NCBI RefSeq assembly: GCF_006345805.1 | Contig: NC_043005.1 | Location: 91,884,001-91,948,000 of the forward strand | Source of the DNA: Octopus sinensis | Taxonomy: Eukaryota | Length of the DNA stretch: 64,000 nucleotides | Direction of reading: 5' to 3' | Shown here: positions 1-13,590 of the stretch, piece after piece | Numbering within the stretch: the stretch's first letter is position 1 | Layout of the letters: each line of letters starts with the position of its first letter | Program-made: the position numbers and the translations under genes | The notes under the pieces: generated by a model | Databases searched by the model: none | Told to the model about the DNA's origin: nothing | What the model saw: only the letters and a program-made list of their open reading frames with translations

Positions 1-129
1 TAACAATTAAATAATTAAATTTAGAAAAATTAAAAGAAAAATTTCTTTAAAAGAATATTTGTATAGTGTTCAAATACAAGTGGCATTTTCCTTGTTTCTG
101 CTTGTCTCTGTCTCTCTTGTGGGTTCGAG

Positions 130-176
<47 letters not shown>

Positions 177-806
177 TATATATTGAGAAAGATTGTCTAT
201 GTGTATCAGAGGTGGGATGCACAAAAAGATTAAATAGAAACTGAAGGGGAAAGAAAAACAGAGTTCACTATCACAAACGGAAAACATATTTAAGAATATT
301 TCTGTACCTCCTACTAACACTCTTACACAACTGCCTATGTTTCTTTGGTCTCTCACTCTTAACAACTTACTATATCTTTTCTTTGACTCCTCCTTGTTTT
401 ACACCAAGAGAGCCTCAAACACTTTTTTTGTATATGTACTATTTTGGGATGCATTTAAACGGTCATGCCAAATTTGGTAAAGATTTATTGAGAAATGGCA
501 GTGTTGTGTCAAGCATTTACACCTATCATATAGGCTAGGATATTTCCAGTTTTGTAGTGTTGTGGGGAAAATCAGTTCTAGTTTGTTCTGCTTGCATTTT
601 TATTTGATGAGATAAAGGGAGGTCTCCAAAATCTCACATAGCTGTTGTTATTAACTTATTCAAACATGGAAAGCTATGTAGATTTTACAGATAGTATTTT
701 TTATAACATTAGCAGAGTTTATAAATTACTAAGTACACAGTATTCTTATTGCTTGCTGTATATATATATATATATATATATATAGATAGATATATAATTC
801 GTAATT

Positions 807-1149
807 GTTACCTGTGTTGCCCTACTGGCACTTGTGCCGGTGGCATGTGAACAAATCATTCGAGCGAGGTCGTTGCCAGTGCCGCTGGACTGACTCCTGT
901 GAAGGTGGCACATAAAAAGCACCATTTGAGCGTGGCTGTTGCCAGTACCCCCAGACTGGCCCTCGTGCTGGTGGCACATAAAAGCACCCACTACACTCTC
1001 GGAGTGGTTGGTGTTAGGAAGGGCATCCAACTGTAGAAACTCTGCCAGATCAGATTGGAGCCTGGTGCAGCCATCTGGTTTGCCAGTCCTCAGTCAAATC
1101 GTCCAACCCATGCTAGCATGGAAAGCGGACGTTAAACGATGATGATGAT
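807..1149 (+). mobile_element. RTE-clade LINE 3' UTR/tail fragment
   Basis: Repeated ggtggcacataaaaagcacc units, then cccactacactctcggagtggttgg...acccatgctagcatggaaagcggacgttaaac and (GAT)n tail; same 3' end follows RTE ORF C-terminus at 36578-36697. Confidence 0.85.
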
Positions 1150-1164
1150 ATATATATATATATA

Positions 1165-1230
1165 ACGGGAAGCTTTATGAAAATAAACAAAAGACGAAGG
1201 CAGGTGGAAAACAAACGAACAATTGTATTA

Positions 1231-1232
<2 letters not shown>
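1165..1232 (-). mobile_element. Short fragment of the repeat family duplicated at 25046 and 25442, sitting in (TA)n
   Basis: Reverse complement resembles actaatacatctgtttgtttt...cacctgtctttgtcttttgttttttataaac. Confidence 0.55.
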
Positions 1233-1270
<38 letters not shown>

Positions 1271-1511
1271 GCCTATAATTATTTGATCATTTAAGGCTAT
1301 TGTAACAATACTGAGAAGATTCCTAGATATTTGATGACCAGCAGATCTGATAGGCTCAAAGAACTATGTCATTTGTCCAGTGTGATGAGACTTGAATTAT
1401 GAATAGATACTATCTACATTCATTGTATCTCTCATAAACATGTGTGAGAAAGGTTCATAGTAAAATACAATGAAAATGTTGTATTGAATTCAATTGAAGC
1501 TGCTCTTGTAT

Positions 1512-1910
1512 ACTTTACTTACTTACTTGTTTCAGTCATTTGACTGCGGCCATGCTGGAGCACCGCCTTTAGTCGAGCAAATCGATCCCGGGACTTATTC
1601 TTTGTAAGCCCAGTACTTATTCTATCGGTCTCTTTTGCCGAACCGCTAAGTGACGGGGATGTAAACACACCAGCATCGGTTGTCAAGCAATGCTAGGGGG
1701 ACAAACACAGACACACAAACACATATATATATATATACATATATATGACAGGCTTCTTTCAGTTTCCGTCTACCAAATCCACTCACAAGGCATTGGTCGG
1801 CCCGGGGCTATAGCAGAAGACACTTGCCCAAGATGCCACGCAGTGGGACTGAACCCGGAACCATGTGGGTGGTTAGCAAGCTACTTACCACACAGCCACT
1901 CCTGCGCCTA
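1512..1910 (-). mobile_element. tRNA-derived SINE family A (head ggcgcaggagtggctgtgtggtaagtagcttgct), full length
   Basis: A-box-like tggctgtgtggt and B-box-like gggttcagtccc on minus strand; many copies in window; resembles described octopus OK/OR SINEs (exact family not verified). Confidence 0.85.
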
Positions 1911-2514
1911 TCTAGATATATTGACTATTATTATAAGTCTTTTATATAAATGCATTAATAATATTAAGATCTTTAAAGATATCTATCATTTTTATCTAGT
2001 ATTATTGATATAATTATTTTCAGTATTTATCTTTCAGTAATATTTTATGCCTTTTTGGGCAGGTTTCAAGGATGTTTATGATGAGTTTGGAAGTGTATTT
2101 TTTATGTATAAAGCTATAATTTAGAAATGTTTGGAAGACAACTTTACTTTTGCTTCTCTCTTCCAGTGTCATTTCCACTTAGCTAATGTTTAGCTAGATC
2201 AAAGACTTTCTGCTGTCATTCTGAATTATCAATCCCCCGGATGTTAATTTTGTTATGATTAATATGGTTAAATTTATGGGAAGTGTAGATTTTATGGTTT
2301 CATCTAAAATTAATGTTGTATTACAGAAAATTCTCCTAAAGGTTATAATATACTGCAACCTTTAATCAAATGTTCATCAGAGAAAAACTAATGTAATGTT
2401 CAATTGAACCCAACAGTTATGCTTTGTTATTGATTTCAACTTTGAGTCTGGTGAATTGGCCGAGTCATTAAAGAACTGGATAAGATGCCTCATAATATTT
2501 ATTCTGATTCACTG

Positions 2515-2775
2515 TGCTCTGAGTTCAAATCCTGTCATGGTCAACTCTGTTTTTTATTCTTCGAAGATTGATTAAAAAGACACCACTTCTCAATGTTGGA
2601 TTGGTAGAGTTCAAATTCCGCCGAGGTTGACTTTGCCGTTCATCCTTTCGGGGTCGATAAATTAAGTACCAGTTATGCACTGGGGTTGATATAATCGAAT
2701 TAATCCATTTGTCTGTCCTTGTTTGTCCCCTCTGTGTGTAGCCCCTTGTGGGCAGTAAAGAAATAAGAAATGTAA
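2515..2775 (+). mobile_element. SINE family B (3' part)
   Basis: gagttcaaattccgccgaggttgactttgccgttcatcctttcggggtcgataaattaagtaccag core shared with copies at 22938, 24828, 31229, 54871. Confidence 0.8.
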
Positions 2776-5700
2776 GAGCATTAAACCAGAGTAGGTGTAA
2801 CTCTCCAGCTCTGTAAAGCAATTCCCTTAGAAGGCTGCTCCAATGTAAAACCTGCAGCTTGCCAGTCACTGCAACCACTGAGCCACTAAGGTCTGACCTT
2901 CAAGTCTAAAGAGTGGGATCAGATTGTGTGGACTGACTCTAAGTGTAAGCAGGGAGAAAACTACTAAGCGCAGTGGGGAGAAAGGCTCTGCTGCTCAAGG
3001 ATCAGTTTATATAGTTATTTGGGGTTGTGCTGCTCTTCTTCATGTTTTTCAGACATGATAAAACTGCCATCATCAAGAACATTAGTAGTATTAGTTCCAT
3101 TTCTTTGCATTTTCAGTTCAAATTTGACTGGCTTACTTGGATTCAGATTTATTAAGTCACTATTCAACACTATTTGAGGTAGGTCTTCAGTTTGAGAATA
3201 CCTCCCTACCTTCCCTTTCCATCTCTCCTTCTTTGCCATTAGTCTTAGAGGTTCTTTAAAGGGCCATGAATACTGATTTCCTTCCTGATTAAAAGATTTT
3301 TTTAAAATTCTTGTCACCAGGATATCATGCAAGAGATAGGTTTGTCCTTTAAAATATATACAATTCTCCTAATGTCCTTGTTTATTTGTTATTTTTAAGA
3401 AATTGGTTTAGTGTTTAAGGAGTTCAATTCCTGGACAAGACTACATATTACTTCCTTGAACAAGACTGTTCATTTCAATATGCTTGAGTCTACTCAGCTG
3501 AAAATGAGTGCCAGCTGAGTGTAGCCATCTCCCTTCTCCAGCTGTCATATCCTGAATGTGCCCGTGGGTCATAGGGTGGTGAGTTAAAAAGTGTCTATGC
3601 TTATTTGCAATTATATTAGTTTGCCTGTCATTGTCAGCAATGCAATTACATAGGAACCTAAAACAATTACCAAACCATGCTCATTCACATATGATGGCTG
3701 GCTCTTAAGTACTACATCCAAATTTTGATATCAGAGAAAGTTGCTATCAGTCCAGTGAGTGAAGTTTAGTACTTGCCCCATCAAGCCATGAATTCTAAAA
3801 ATATATACAGAAAAATCACTAGCATACTTATCATAATTTTAAATATTTATTTATCAGTTGATTGTACAAAGAAAAATATAAATGATGAACCTATGAGGAA
3901 TTGATTACATCTTCAACTTTGTTCTTAAGTTTATTGGCCAGTTGTCTTTTGAAGAGTATAAATGTTGTGTGTATAAATGATGTGTATAAATGATTGTCTT
4001 TGATGTCCTTCCATAGTTTAAGCATTACATATATGAACCACAGCAGAATAATGTTGTAGTTAAGTTGGTTCTTTTTCAATATTTTTAGTTTTATTGATTG
4101 AAATAAACTCACTTTCATAGGTTCTTGTGTTATGGCCTATAGTTTAAAAAAAAAATTTTTTTTTACCAAATTAGTCAATCTACTTTATTAGGGCTACTCT
4201 GGGGCTAAATGCATAATATACTCTCTTTTACTCTTTTACTTGTTTCAGTCATTTGACTGTGGTCATGCTGGAGCACCCTGGGCTAATGCATGATATAAAA
4301 ACATTGAATATTGAGATGTAGGATTGGTTTTGTATGCTGCCTGAAAAATTATGTTATTCATGTTATTCAATTCGATATTCATAAATATTTCTGCATCACT
4401 CCTATTTTTAATTGTTCTATCATTGTATTGAAATAATTGCTGTCAGCACTTACATGTTAAGAATAAAATTTCTAAAAAATATAGACAGATATAGCTGTCA
4501 CTCCATTTTATTGTTCCTTTCATCTCTTCCACTTATTATTTATAGCTTGACATGTTTCTATAAGTTTCTTCAAGTTCTTTATGTATTAAATTGTCAACAT
4601 TTTCATAATATTGAAGAGAAAATGATTAGAATCTTCCACGGATTTTAAAAGGATTACAAGAAAATTTAAATTTCTTCCTCAACCTCTTATTTTCTGTTTT
4701 GCATTGATTTATTTATGAAAAGTTAATCATAGTTTAAAACTTGTTTGATGACTTTTACTCCCTTTTTAAAAATCCTCTTTTTATAGTATTATATCATTTT
4801 ATCTTTTTTAAATACAGTTCTTTAAATTCTCAATATTTATCTTTAGTGTCATATGCACCTACATAACATATTTTGATTCTTTCTGCTACTGTCACACTTT
4901 ATTTCGTCAGTTTGTCACTTTTATACTTCACTTCTCATCTCTTTTCTTTGCTCTCATACTTTGTTACTCAACTCCTCTCTGTGATTATCACGTATCACTT
5001 TATGACTCTTTTCTGTGACTCTTCCCATCTCATTTTTGTAGCTTTTACAGTTCCCTTCCCAGCTTCTCTCTATGACTCTCAGACATCACAGCACCTCTCT
5101 GTCCTGTTTGCACTGCCCAGTCACCACCACCTTTCTGACTATCATACTTTCAACTTACTGTTTTTAGCTGTCATTCTTAATTTTCCAGTTTGTCTTTGTG
5201 ATTGTCATACTTCACATTTGATTCCAAATTTGCTATATTCTATCACCTTGCACCATAAACTACAACATAACAGATATGATAGGTAATCCTTCAAATTTTT
5301 AAATTCCATAATCAGTATTTAGAAAATTTAGGCTCTGATTTTCTGTAAAAATCATTGTCAGTATGCTTTGTAAAAATCATATTCTCTCAAATAATCATAC
5401 ATCACTATTCCATCTACGGTCACTTCATTCTGGTACTCTGGCTTCTGACTAGAGTTATGATATGCCATCCTGACTTCTGTCTATAGTTTTCCTTTACTAA
5501 CACCTGCTTATGACTGCCACAGTTTCAGTCACCAACCTGTGGCTGCTACTGTTTCAGTTAGCTACCTGTGCTGTAGTTGTATTGTTCCTCTTATCTACAC
5601 GTGGCTCCTAATATTCCAGCTGCCAACCTGTGGCTACCATTATTTCAATTAACTACTGTGGCTACTATTGTTTCATTTACCTAAGGGTCACTATTGTTTC

Positions 5701-6701
5701 AGGCACCTACCTGTAGCTTTCAATCACTCCTTTTCATCTGTTTGTTGGTGCCACTTTTCCTGCTACATGTTTGTAGTTAATTCCATATCTTACCTGTGAT
5801 TGCCACTGCTTTTGGCATTCCACTTGATTCTTGTCAGTGTTTACCACTTCTCCTGCATCTTGTCAGTGGTTAAGCTCTACATTTGCATTTACGTCTGCCA
5901 TTATCACTCCCTTTGCAATAAATCTTGTATCTTTCTTTGCCATTCTTCTTCAGTAATTACCACTGCTTTTGAATCTCAACTGTGGTGGCCACTTCCCTTT
6001 TGTCTTGTCAGTGGTTGCTACAACCCTTGTATTTTGCCTAGTTGACATTCTCCTTGTATCTTATTGGTGGTTGCTACTCTACTTGCCTTTCCTCTTATTT
6101 TATGCATCTGCTTTTGTGTCTTGTTACTGGTTCTTAAATCTTGTCACTGGTTGCCATTTTCTTCTCTCACCTGTCTGTGTCATCTACAGTTTTTTTTTAC
6201 TTCTCTCCATCAATGCTATATCTTACTTTCTTGAATTGGTACTATGACTACTACTTTCACAAATTTGTGATTTTATAACTACAAGCCTTTCTGGTTTTTG
6301 TTAGTATTCAAATAAATCAGACGAGTTTATCATCATCATCATTTGATGTCCGTTTTCCATGCTGGTATGAGTATAGATTTTTTTTAACAAGATGTCCTTA
6401 GCATAATTTTTTAAAGTACAAATATTGGAGAAAGAATATTAGGAAAATTGGTGAAATTTTTAAAAATATAAAATTTAAATTTCTCATTCTATGAATAATT
6501 ACTGAGTAAAGATTATTTTATTTCATTCTTTTATTAATGATTTCTGAAATATTTATGAAGGGGTAAAAAAAAATGCAAATATTTTAGTTTATAAATAAAA
6601 TGGTATGGGAATTTAATTATACCACATGATTGTCACTTTTGAATTAATTAAATTATTTGAATCAACAAATCCAACATTGATTAATGTTGATATTATTATT
6701 A

Positions 6702-6736
<35 letters not shown>

Positions 6737-7061
6737 GTTGTTGTTGTTGTTGTTGTTGAAGGGATTGTAGTGCTGCACTAAGTTCTTGGTGCAACTGAGT
6801 TCACAACCAAGTTAATTTTTGAAAATGTTTCATTTCAATTGATATTCATCTCCATTGGAAATTTTTACTCATTTCTAAATATCTCCAGCTTTATTAATTA
6901 ACATCAGTGATAAATAGGTGGATTAAATGTTAGTTTTAAATCTGTACTTTGTCCAAAGAATTCGATGTACCTCTAGAGTGGTTTTAATTATATTTTTAAT
7001 ATATCCATACAACATTGTTGCTCTACAAACGTGAATGTTAGTAAGGTGATGATGTAGCTTA

Positions 7062-7255
7062 TGTGTATTGCAGTATTTAGTGACAGTCCCTTATGTTCTC
7101 AGTTCAAATCCTACAGAATTTGACTTTACATTTCAATTTTCTGGGATAGATAAATTAAGTACCAGTCGAGTGGCAGGATTGGTAGGATCAACCATTCCCT
7201 CCCATCGAGTTTCTGACCCTGTGCTTATGCAAGAAATTATTATTATTGGTAGATT
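7062..7255 (+). mobile_element. Diverged SINE family B copy
   Basis: ctcagttcaaatcc...gactttacatttc...gataaattaagtaccagt. Confidence 0.6.
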
Positions 7256-7609
7256 AAAATAATGGGTTTTCATAATCCCTCCATTTAGTGATGACACGCA
7301 AGTTTCTGTTGCACATAAGAGTAATGCAAGTATAAAGAGATTGATAATAACTGGGCTAGAAATTTGGTTGTTTTGGGAGGGTTAGAGGAAATATTTGTGA
7401 GTTGTGATTTCTTTTCAGTCCTAACTACATTTCCTCTCTCTCTTCTCCTTCCTATCTCTTTTTTCCACCCTCTCTCTCTCTCTCTTCTCCTTTCACACAC
7501 ACACACACACACACACACTCTCTCTTTATGTTATTTTGTTCTGCAGAATTTTTGACATTTTGTAATTACTTCTTTAGTGTAAAGAGCATTTTTCTCCTGA
7601 ATTGTGAAT

Positions 7610-7800
7610 TAGCTTCAAGATTGCCTTGATATATGCCTTAAGCTTTTCGTGAAGATTAAAAACCTTTCATGGTGTAAGCACAAAACCAACGAGGAGATTT
7701 ATAGACACATTCCAGCCATCTCTATTATTGGTGCTCAAAGCAGGGTAGGCTTTGCTGGCCACCATTTTTGTACTGAACACCAAGTCATGTGTTATATTTT
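7610..7800 (+). pseudogene. Degenerate non-LTR retrotransposon ORF C-terminal fragment (RTE-like)
   Basis: Translates as ...KNLSWCKHKTNEEIYRHIPAISIIGAQSRVGFAGHHF, matching the post-RT motif pattern N-x-SW-x3-TNEE-x-Y...R-x-R-F-A-G-H. Confidence 0.55.
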
Positions 7801-8022
7801 GGAAACCTCTACGCTCTAACAGAGAGTAAAGACCACTTAACTACATTGGTGTTATTAACAGAGTCAAAATGACATGGAATTGAGGACTTGGTTGCTTGAT
7901 TGCAGCTATTTGAAGAAAAAGTCTACCAGAATGTACTAGGTCATGCTTTAGATGCAAGATATGGAAGTGACATTTGGTGTTTTTGTTTCGATTTCTAGTT
8001 ATGGTGATCGATATATATATAT

Positions 8023-8394
8023 GCATAGGAGTGGCTGTGTGGTAAGTAGCTTGCTTATGAACCACATGGTTCCGGGTTCAGTACCACTGCGTGGCACCTT
8101 GGGCAAGTGTCAACCAAAGCCTTGTGAGTGGATTTGGTAGACGGAAACTGAAAGAAGCCCATCATATATATGTATATATAGGTATGTGTGTGTGTATATG
8201 TCTGTGTTTGTCTCCCTAACATCACTTGACAACCAATGCGTAAGAACCCGTAACTTAGCGGTTCAGCAAAAGAGACCGATAGAATAAGTACTAGGCTTAC
8301 AAAGAATAAGTCCTGAGGTCGATTTGCTTGACTAAAGGTGGTGCTCCAGCATGACCACAGTCAAATGACTGAAACAAGTAAAAGAGTAAAAGAG
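8023..8394 (+). mobile_element. SINE family A, near full length
   Basis: ggagtggctgtgtggtaagtagcttgc head through gaaacaagtaaaagag tail. Confidence 0.85.
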
Positions 8395-8404
8395 AGTGTG
8401 TGTG

Positions 8405-8435
<31 letters not shown>

Positions 8436-9655
8436 GGAGATAATCTTAACAGTGAAGCATTAAACTGCCTAGAAATCCACTTGCAGTTTGACAGCTTACA
8501 TTTCCCAGATGGAATCTATTCCTATGAACATAAAGTAGTCTGACAAACCCAAATATGGGTATCACTGCTGCATAAAGGATAGCAATTTGTGAAAACATTA
8601 ATTTACAGGATCAGTCAATTTCTGTTAGCATGGAAAATTGAAGTTAAAAATTTGCCAGGAAGAAACAAATCTGTTCCAATTAATTATTCATAGTTTTTGG
8701 TTGAAACATTTGACAACAAAGAAGTTTTATTCTATGATCAAAATTCGGACCGTCTCACAAATCCTTGACCTTTATAGTTAGCACTTTTAAAGATCAAAGC
8801 ATAGAATTCTTTTATTTGCTGTAATATTTTTAGAGTATTTCCTGCTTCAGTGTGTTAGCACACAATGGGATGATAAAATAAAAGAAATTAAATTTAAACT
8901 CTATGTATTTTTCATGGAATTTCTTTGAGTTTCAGTAGCATATTTATGAGGCCTCACTGACATTTTTTCTCATATTAGTACTGTCTAGAATATGATTTCT
9001 TTGTTATTTCTGTATTCCCTTATTCCTATATTTTTGAAGACTAGACCATAAGTGAATATTATTTGTAGTGGTTATTTTATCCTTGTATTTTGTTAATTTG
9101 GAAAATTTTGGAATTCAAATACTGTTTGATTTCAAGCAGCTCACTAAGCAAAATTTATATATGCCATCAGAGAAAATGAAAATAGGCTACGTTGCCTATA
9201 TAGAAGGTATGTTCAAGTGTCTTTACAGAAAAGGTATTAAACTAACACCACCACAACAAGCAGCAACAGTCACAAATTTAGACAAGGGAACAAAGCAAAA
9301 TACAAGACCACAAGTTTCAGCTACTTTTTTTCAAGATCCTAGAAAACAAAAGAAAAATGGCATAACCCAAAAGCCCCGAGAACTTAACGAAATCACACAC
9401 ACACACACAAACATACACCCAAGGCCTGAGGGAATGATCACGTCCACTAATGTTATCAACCACTCAAACCAACATTGTCAATTCATTTAGAATCTAGAAA
9501 TTGAGAACAATTATATTGACTTTAAAATACAAACAAAAATGTAAATGAAAAAACACGAACCTCAGATGAACATAAGCACACACACACACACACACTTGCA
9601 AAATCTCACTATTAAAAAGAAAATTTAGGAAGATTCATTTTTATATCATTTGTTC

Positions 9656-10035
9656 AAAGGTTTAAGACTGTTGCAGGTGATCCCTATTTTAAAAACCTGG
9701 AGTTTTTATGAGGAAGAAAGAGAGAGAGAGAGAGAGACTTGGTTGCTATTTTGAAGTCCTATAAAACTGTTATAATTGTTGTTGCATGTTGTGAGTTGGA
9801 TAAGAAAATGTGATTTCATCATCCCCATTCAATGGTCATTAAATGATGATGATGAAATCACATAATTTCCTATCCAACTCACAACATGCAACAACAAAAA
9901 TTATAAGTTATGTGAGACTTCAAAATAGCAACCAAATCTCTCTCTCTCACTCTCTCTCCCCTCTCTCTTACACTCTCTCAAAAAAAAACTCCAGGTTTTG
10001 AAATAGGGATCACCTGCAAAAGTCTTAAATCTTTT
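9656..10035. repeat. Long foldback inverted repeat (MITE-like), arms about 170 bp, loop about 25 nt
   Basis: ttaagactgttgcaggtgatccctatttt mirrored by aaatagggatcacctgcaaaagtcttaa; (GA)n tract mirrored by (CT)n; inner gttgcatgttgtgagttggata mirrored by tatccaactcacaacatgcaac. Confidence 0.85.
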
Positions 10036-10476
10036 AATGAAATAGCCACAAGTATGTTAGGATGAGAAAAGAAAAATGTGTGTACGTACCATATTTAGAT
10101 GAGGTTTTTCCCCTTCATCAGCACCTATCCCACCCTTTAATCATCCTTGTACACATTGCTTAAACAGCCACTGTATGCAGTGGATTCTGGTTAACGGATA
10201 TACCAATTTACATACTAAATGCATTCCTGGAGGCTGGTACATAAATCCTAATGACTTGTAGGTATGTGGTATTTCATTATGCAGCCATAATATACTATAA
10301 AGTATATTAAACGTTTCTATAAGTCAGTACCCTTTTCTCATCTTCAGTCTCATAATTTATTAACATCTGACATCTTGTATACGAAATGTAGTAACAAAAA
10401 TCAGTGCTGGCTATAATTTCTAAAGAATATCTGTAGAGATAACCTTAACAAGTAATATAAAAAGTGCACTCTATAG

Positions 10477-10480
10477 TATA

Positions 10481-10569
<89 letters not shown>
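10477..10569. repeat. (TA)n microsatellite (representative; many others, e.g. 133-172, 45232-45311, 59690-59836)
   Basis: Direct inspection. Confidence 0.95.
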
Positions 10570-10572
<3 letters not shown>

Positions 10573-10585
10573 CCAAATCCTATAA

Positions 10586-11050
10586 CTGGCACCCGCCCGT
10601 TACCAGTGCCACTGGACTGACTCCTGTGCAGGTGGCAAATAAAGAAACACTGTTTCGACCCTGTGCTTGAGGAGACCTATTGAGTCAAGTACATCAAAAT
10701 CAATGGAAATTGTAGTTGTGATCCCTGTGCCAGTGGCACGTAAAAAGCACCATCTTAACATGGCCGATGTCAACGCCGCCTTAAATGGCTTCCGTGCCGG
10801 TGGCACGTAAAAAGCACCAACCAATCATGGCCATTGCCAGCCTCGCCAGGCACCTGTGCTGGTGGCACGTAAAAAGCAGCCACTACACTCTCGCAGTGGT
10901 TGGCATTGGGAAGGGCATCCAGCTGTAGAAACACTGCCAGATCAGACTGGAGCCTGGTGCAGCCTCCTGGCTTCCCAGACCCCGGTCGAACCGTCCAACC
11001 CATGCTAGCATGGAAAACGGACGTTAAACGATGATGATGATGATGATGAT
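10586..11050 (+). mobile_element. RTE 3' UTR/tail copy
   Basis: Same sequence as 807-1149 with (GAT)n tail. Confidence 0.85.
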
Positions 11051-11945
11051 ATATCAACATATGTATATATCATGTACACCTATTCAAGCATTGCAGAACA
11101 GAGTTTCTGAGAGTGCATCACAACTGTAACCAATAGCAACAAAGACAATGAGAAACAATACCAGAACAGAACAAGAACTTACCAGCATTACAACTATCAA
11201 TACTATTACTAATACCAACAAAAACCACAACAGCAACGTCACCATTAGCACCAACATCACCAATAGCAGGAAAACCAGCATCAGTCGAATATAATTTTGA
11301 TGGATTCAGAAGATTTCCTTTGTTCTGTTTGTCTTCATAAGATTAGTGTCATTTATTTGATGTGTTCAGTTGAGACTGTCTTATATTCTTGAGTCAGGCA
11401 TTTCTTCACCAAACACCACCAAAACTGGGGCACAAACAATCTTTGTTGTTTTCTTCACTTGCTATGACGTTTGTATTTTGCTGCTGTTTGCTGATAACTT
11501 TTCACTCATGTGTTGTGTAACAATAAACTGGTGGCAATAACAATAGAAATAGGTAAAATAAAATGCAGATTGCTTGCAACCTGGACCTGGCATTATTGTG
11601 AATTGGTTTGTATGTTTGAATGTGCATGACATCAGTGTGTGTGTGTGTGTGTGTGTGTAATACATACACACAATTTATATGTTGTCATCATTTTTACAAC
11701 TGATTTTTCCATTCTGCAATGTATATATACATATATACTTATATATGATATATACTCATCATCCTCATTTAACATCTGCCTTCCATGCTAGCAATGCACA
11801 CACCCATACATATAATGTATATGTACAAAGATAGATAAATAGATAGAGTGAGAGAGAAAGAATTTCAATAAGCTAATAATGGCAGCCAGAGGAAAATGTG
11901 TGTCTACCTTTGTTAACTATGAAATAGTTAATCATTGTATTTATC

Positions 11946-11976
<31 letters not shown>

Positions 11977-13590
11977 GTATTCAAATTTCTTTTGGTACAA
12001 TTTAACAGCAGTGCCATTATCCAATGTGTCTCCATTTGTTAGTTCTTCCATAAGAACTTATTTCCAATCATATCAAGCTACTTATCAATAAGATTTCCAT
12101 ATTTTTTATCTCGGCTATTGGTTATCAAACCAAAAACGACTGACACTCTGCATTCTTACATAATTTGTATTATTCCAACTGAATATATTATGGATGTCCT
12201 TTAAGCTCATTGCAAATCAACATTTTTACATCAAATTGTTTATTTCAGCTTTCTGAGAAGTTAGCTCATAATTTGTCTATTCATATTAAACTCAGATATA
12301 TTCAAGCCATCCTTAACAGACCTTTTTTTTTATGTGCCTGAGAAAGAAAAATTATGCTCATGACTTTCTTAACCTCATGTTAACAGGGAGATTCTGTTGT
12401 CAGATTCCTAATCTAAGGTTTTATAAGGTACTCAAGTATCTTTTAACCTCACCTGGTGTCTTCCCTTTATAAATCACACAACGAATCCTTTGTGGCAAGA
12501 TGCAATCCTTTTCAGTTCTCATTTTCTCCATAACCATTTCTATCTCCTCGATAACAGATACTTGCTGAAATAAGCCATTGTATTAGTTTAAAACCGTTGG
12601 GCTTGAGCAATTCAGATTTGAAATATTTAAAATGCATTACACTCACCCAGTTTTATAATATCATCCACGAGCCATTTACATAAAGCTTAGGTTTCTACTA
12701 ATTCATGTCATCATATTATCATCGTAATGGAAAAAGAAAATAGACATAGAAATTATAATCGTGATGGTAATAATGATGATGGGACATTTCAGATTTCTCT
12801 GTTTTAACACAAAACCCAACAGTGTATAATTTTCTCATATTTTAATAGTGCACCAAAATGCTTGTAAGCAAATATATTAATCGATTTCTTTTTGTGAAAG
12901 GCTTGAAGCCATGTTGTTTTGAAATATTTATGATGCCTTAAGCTGTAGAGAAGTAATAAATTGTTAATTGGTTGACCAAACAGCCTTCTGAATATCCTGT
13001 TGGGGAATGAGAATTGCGTTCTGATCAATAGACAATGAGATTGAACTTATGTGCTCTTGTATATTTTTCTCCACTCAGCAAGGGATTTGATAATGTATGA
13101 TTGCTTGCATTCATCTATGTATGTGCACTTTTCTATCAATGCACACATATGTTTTTAATTTTATACCATAGTCAGCATTTGTAAACATCCACTTTGGAAA
13201 TAATATCTATTTATCTATGACCCATACACTTATACACAGTTGCATACATATGTGCACTCATTCATGCAGGCACATACACATTTGGACACAAAAGCATACA
13301 TACATTTTGACATTAAAAGCACACACATTTTGATATTGGAAATGCTACTATTAATAGTAGCAAAGGGAAACAAAGGGAAATAATTCAAGTGGGTCAATGG
13401 CATAAATTTTGATGAATCAAAGAGTGATGTACCATGTGGCATATGATCAAAATTCTGTAATTAAAATTCCTTTAGTGGTAATTTCTAGCAACTCTCAAAG
13501 AAAAGCATTCATAATTCTATGATATTAAGAAGTAATTTCACAAAATTTACATGGTTAAAAAGGAAATCTGATTGTTATTAGTGACACTTA

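Noticed and set aside
2062-2340. Tiny AG..GT candidates (GFKDVYDEFG at about 2062; ENSPK at about 2326); similar ones near 9170, 34178, 38857, 52276
   Set aside because: Short in-frame segments with plausible splice dinucleotides arise by chance in AT-rich introns; cannot be supported without RNA data
2770-3332. 105-aa minus ORF at 3015-3332 and adjacent GC-richer sequence
   Set aside because: No recognisable motif or convincing splice pair; adjacent frames full of stops; possibly an old TE but unsupported
8023-8110. tRNA-like A/B boxes in SINE heads
   Set aside because: No complete cloverleaf; these are SINE promoters, not tRNA genes
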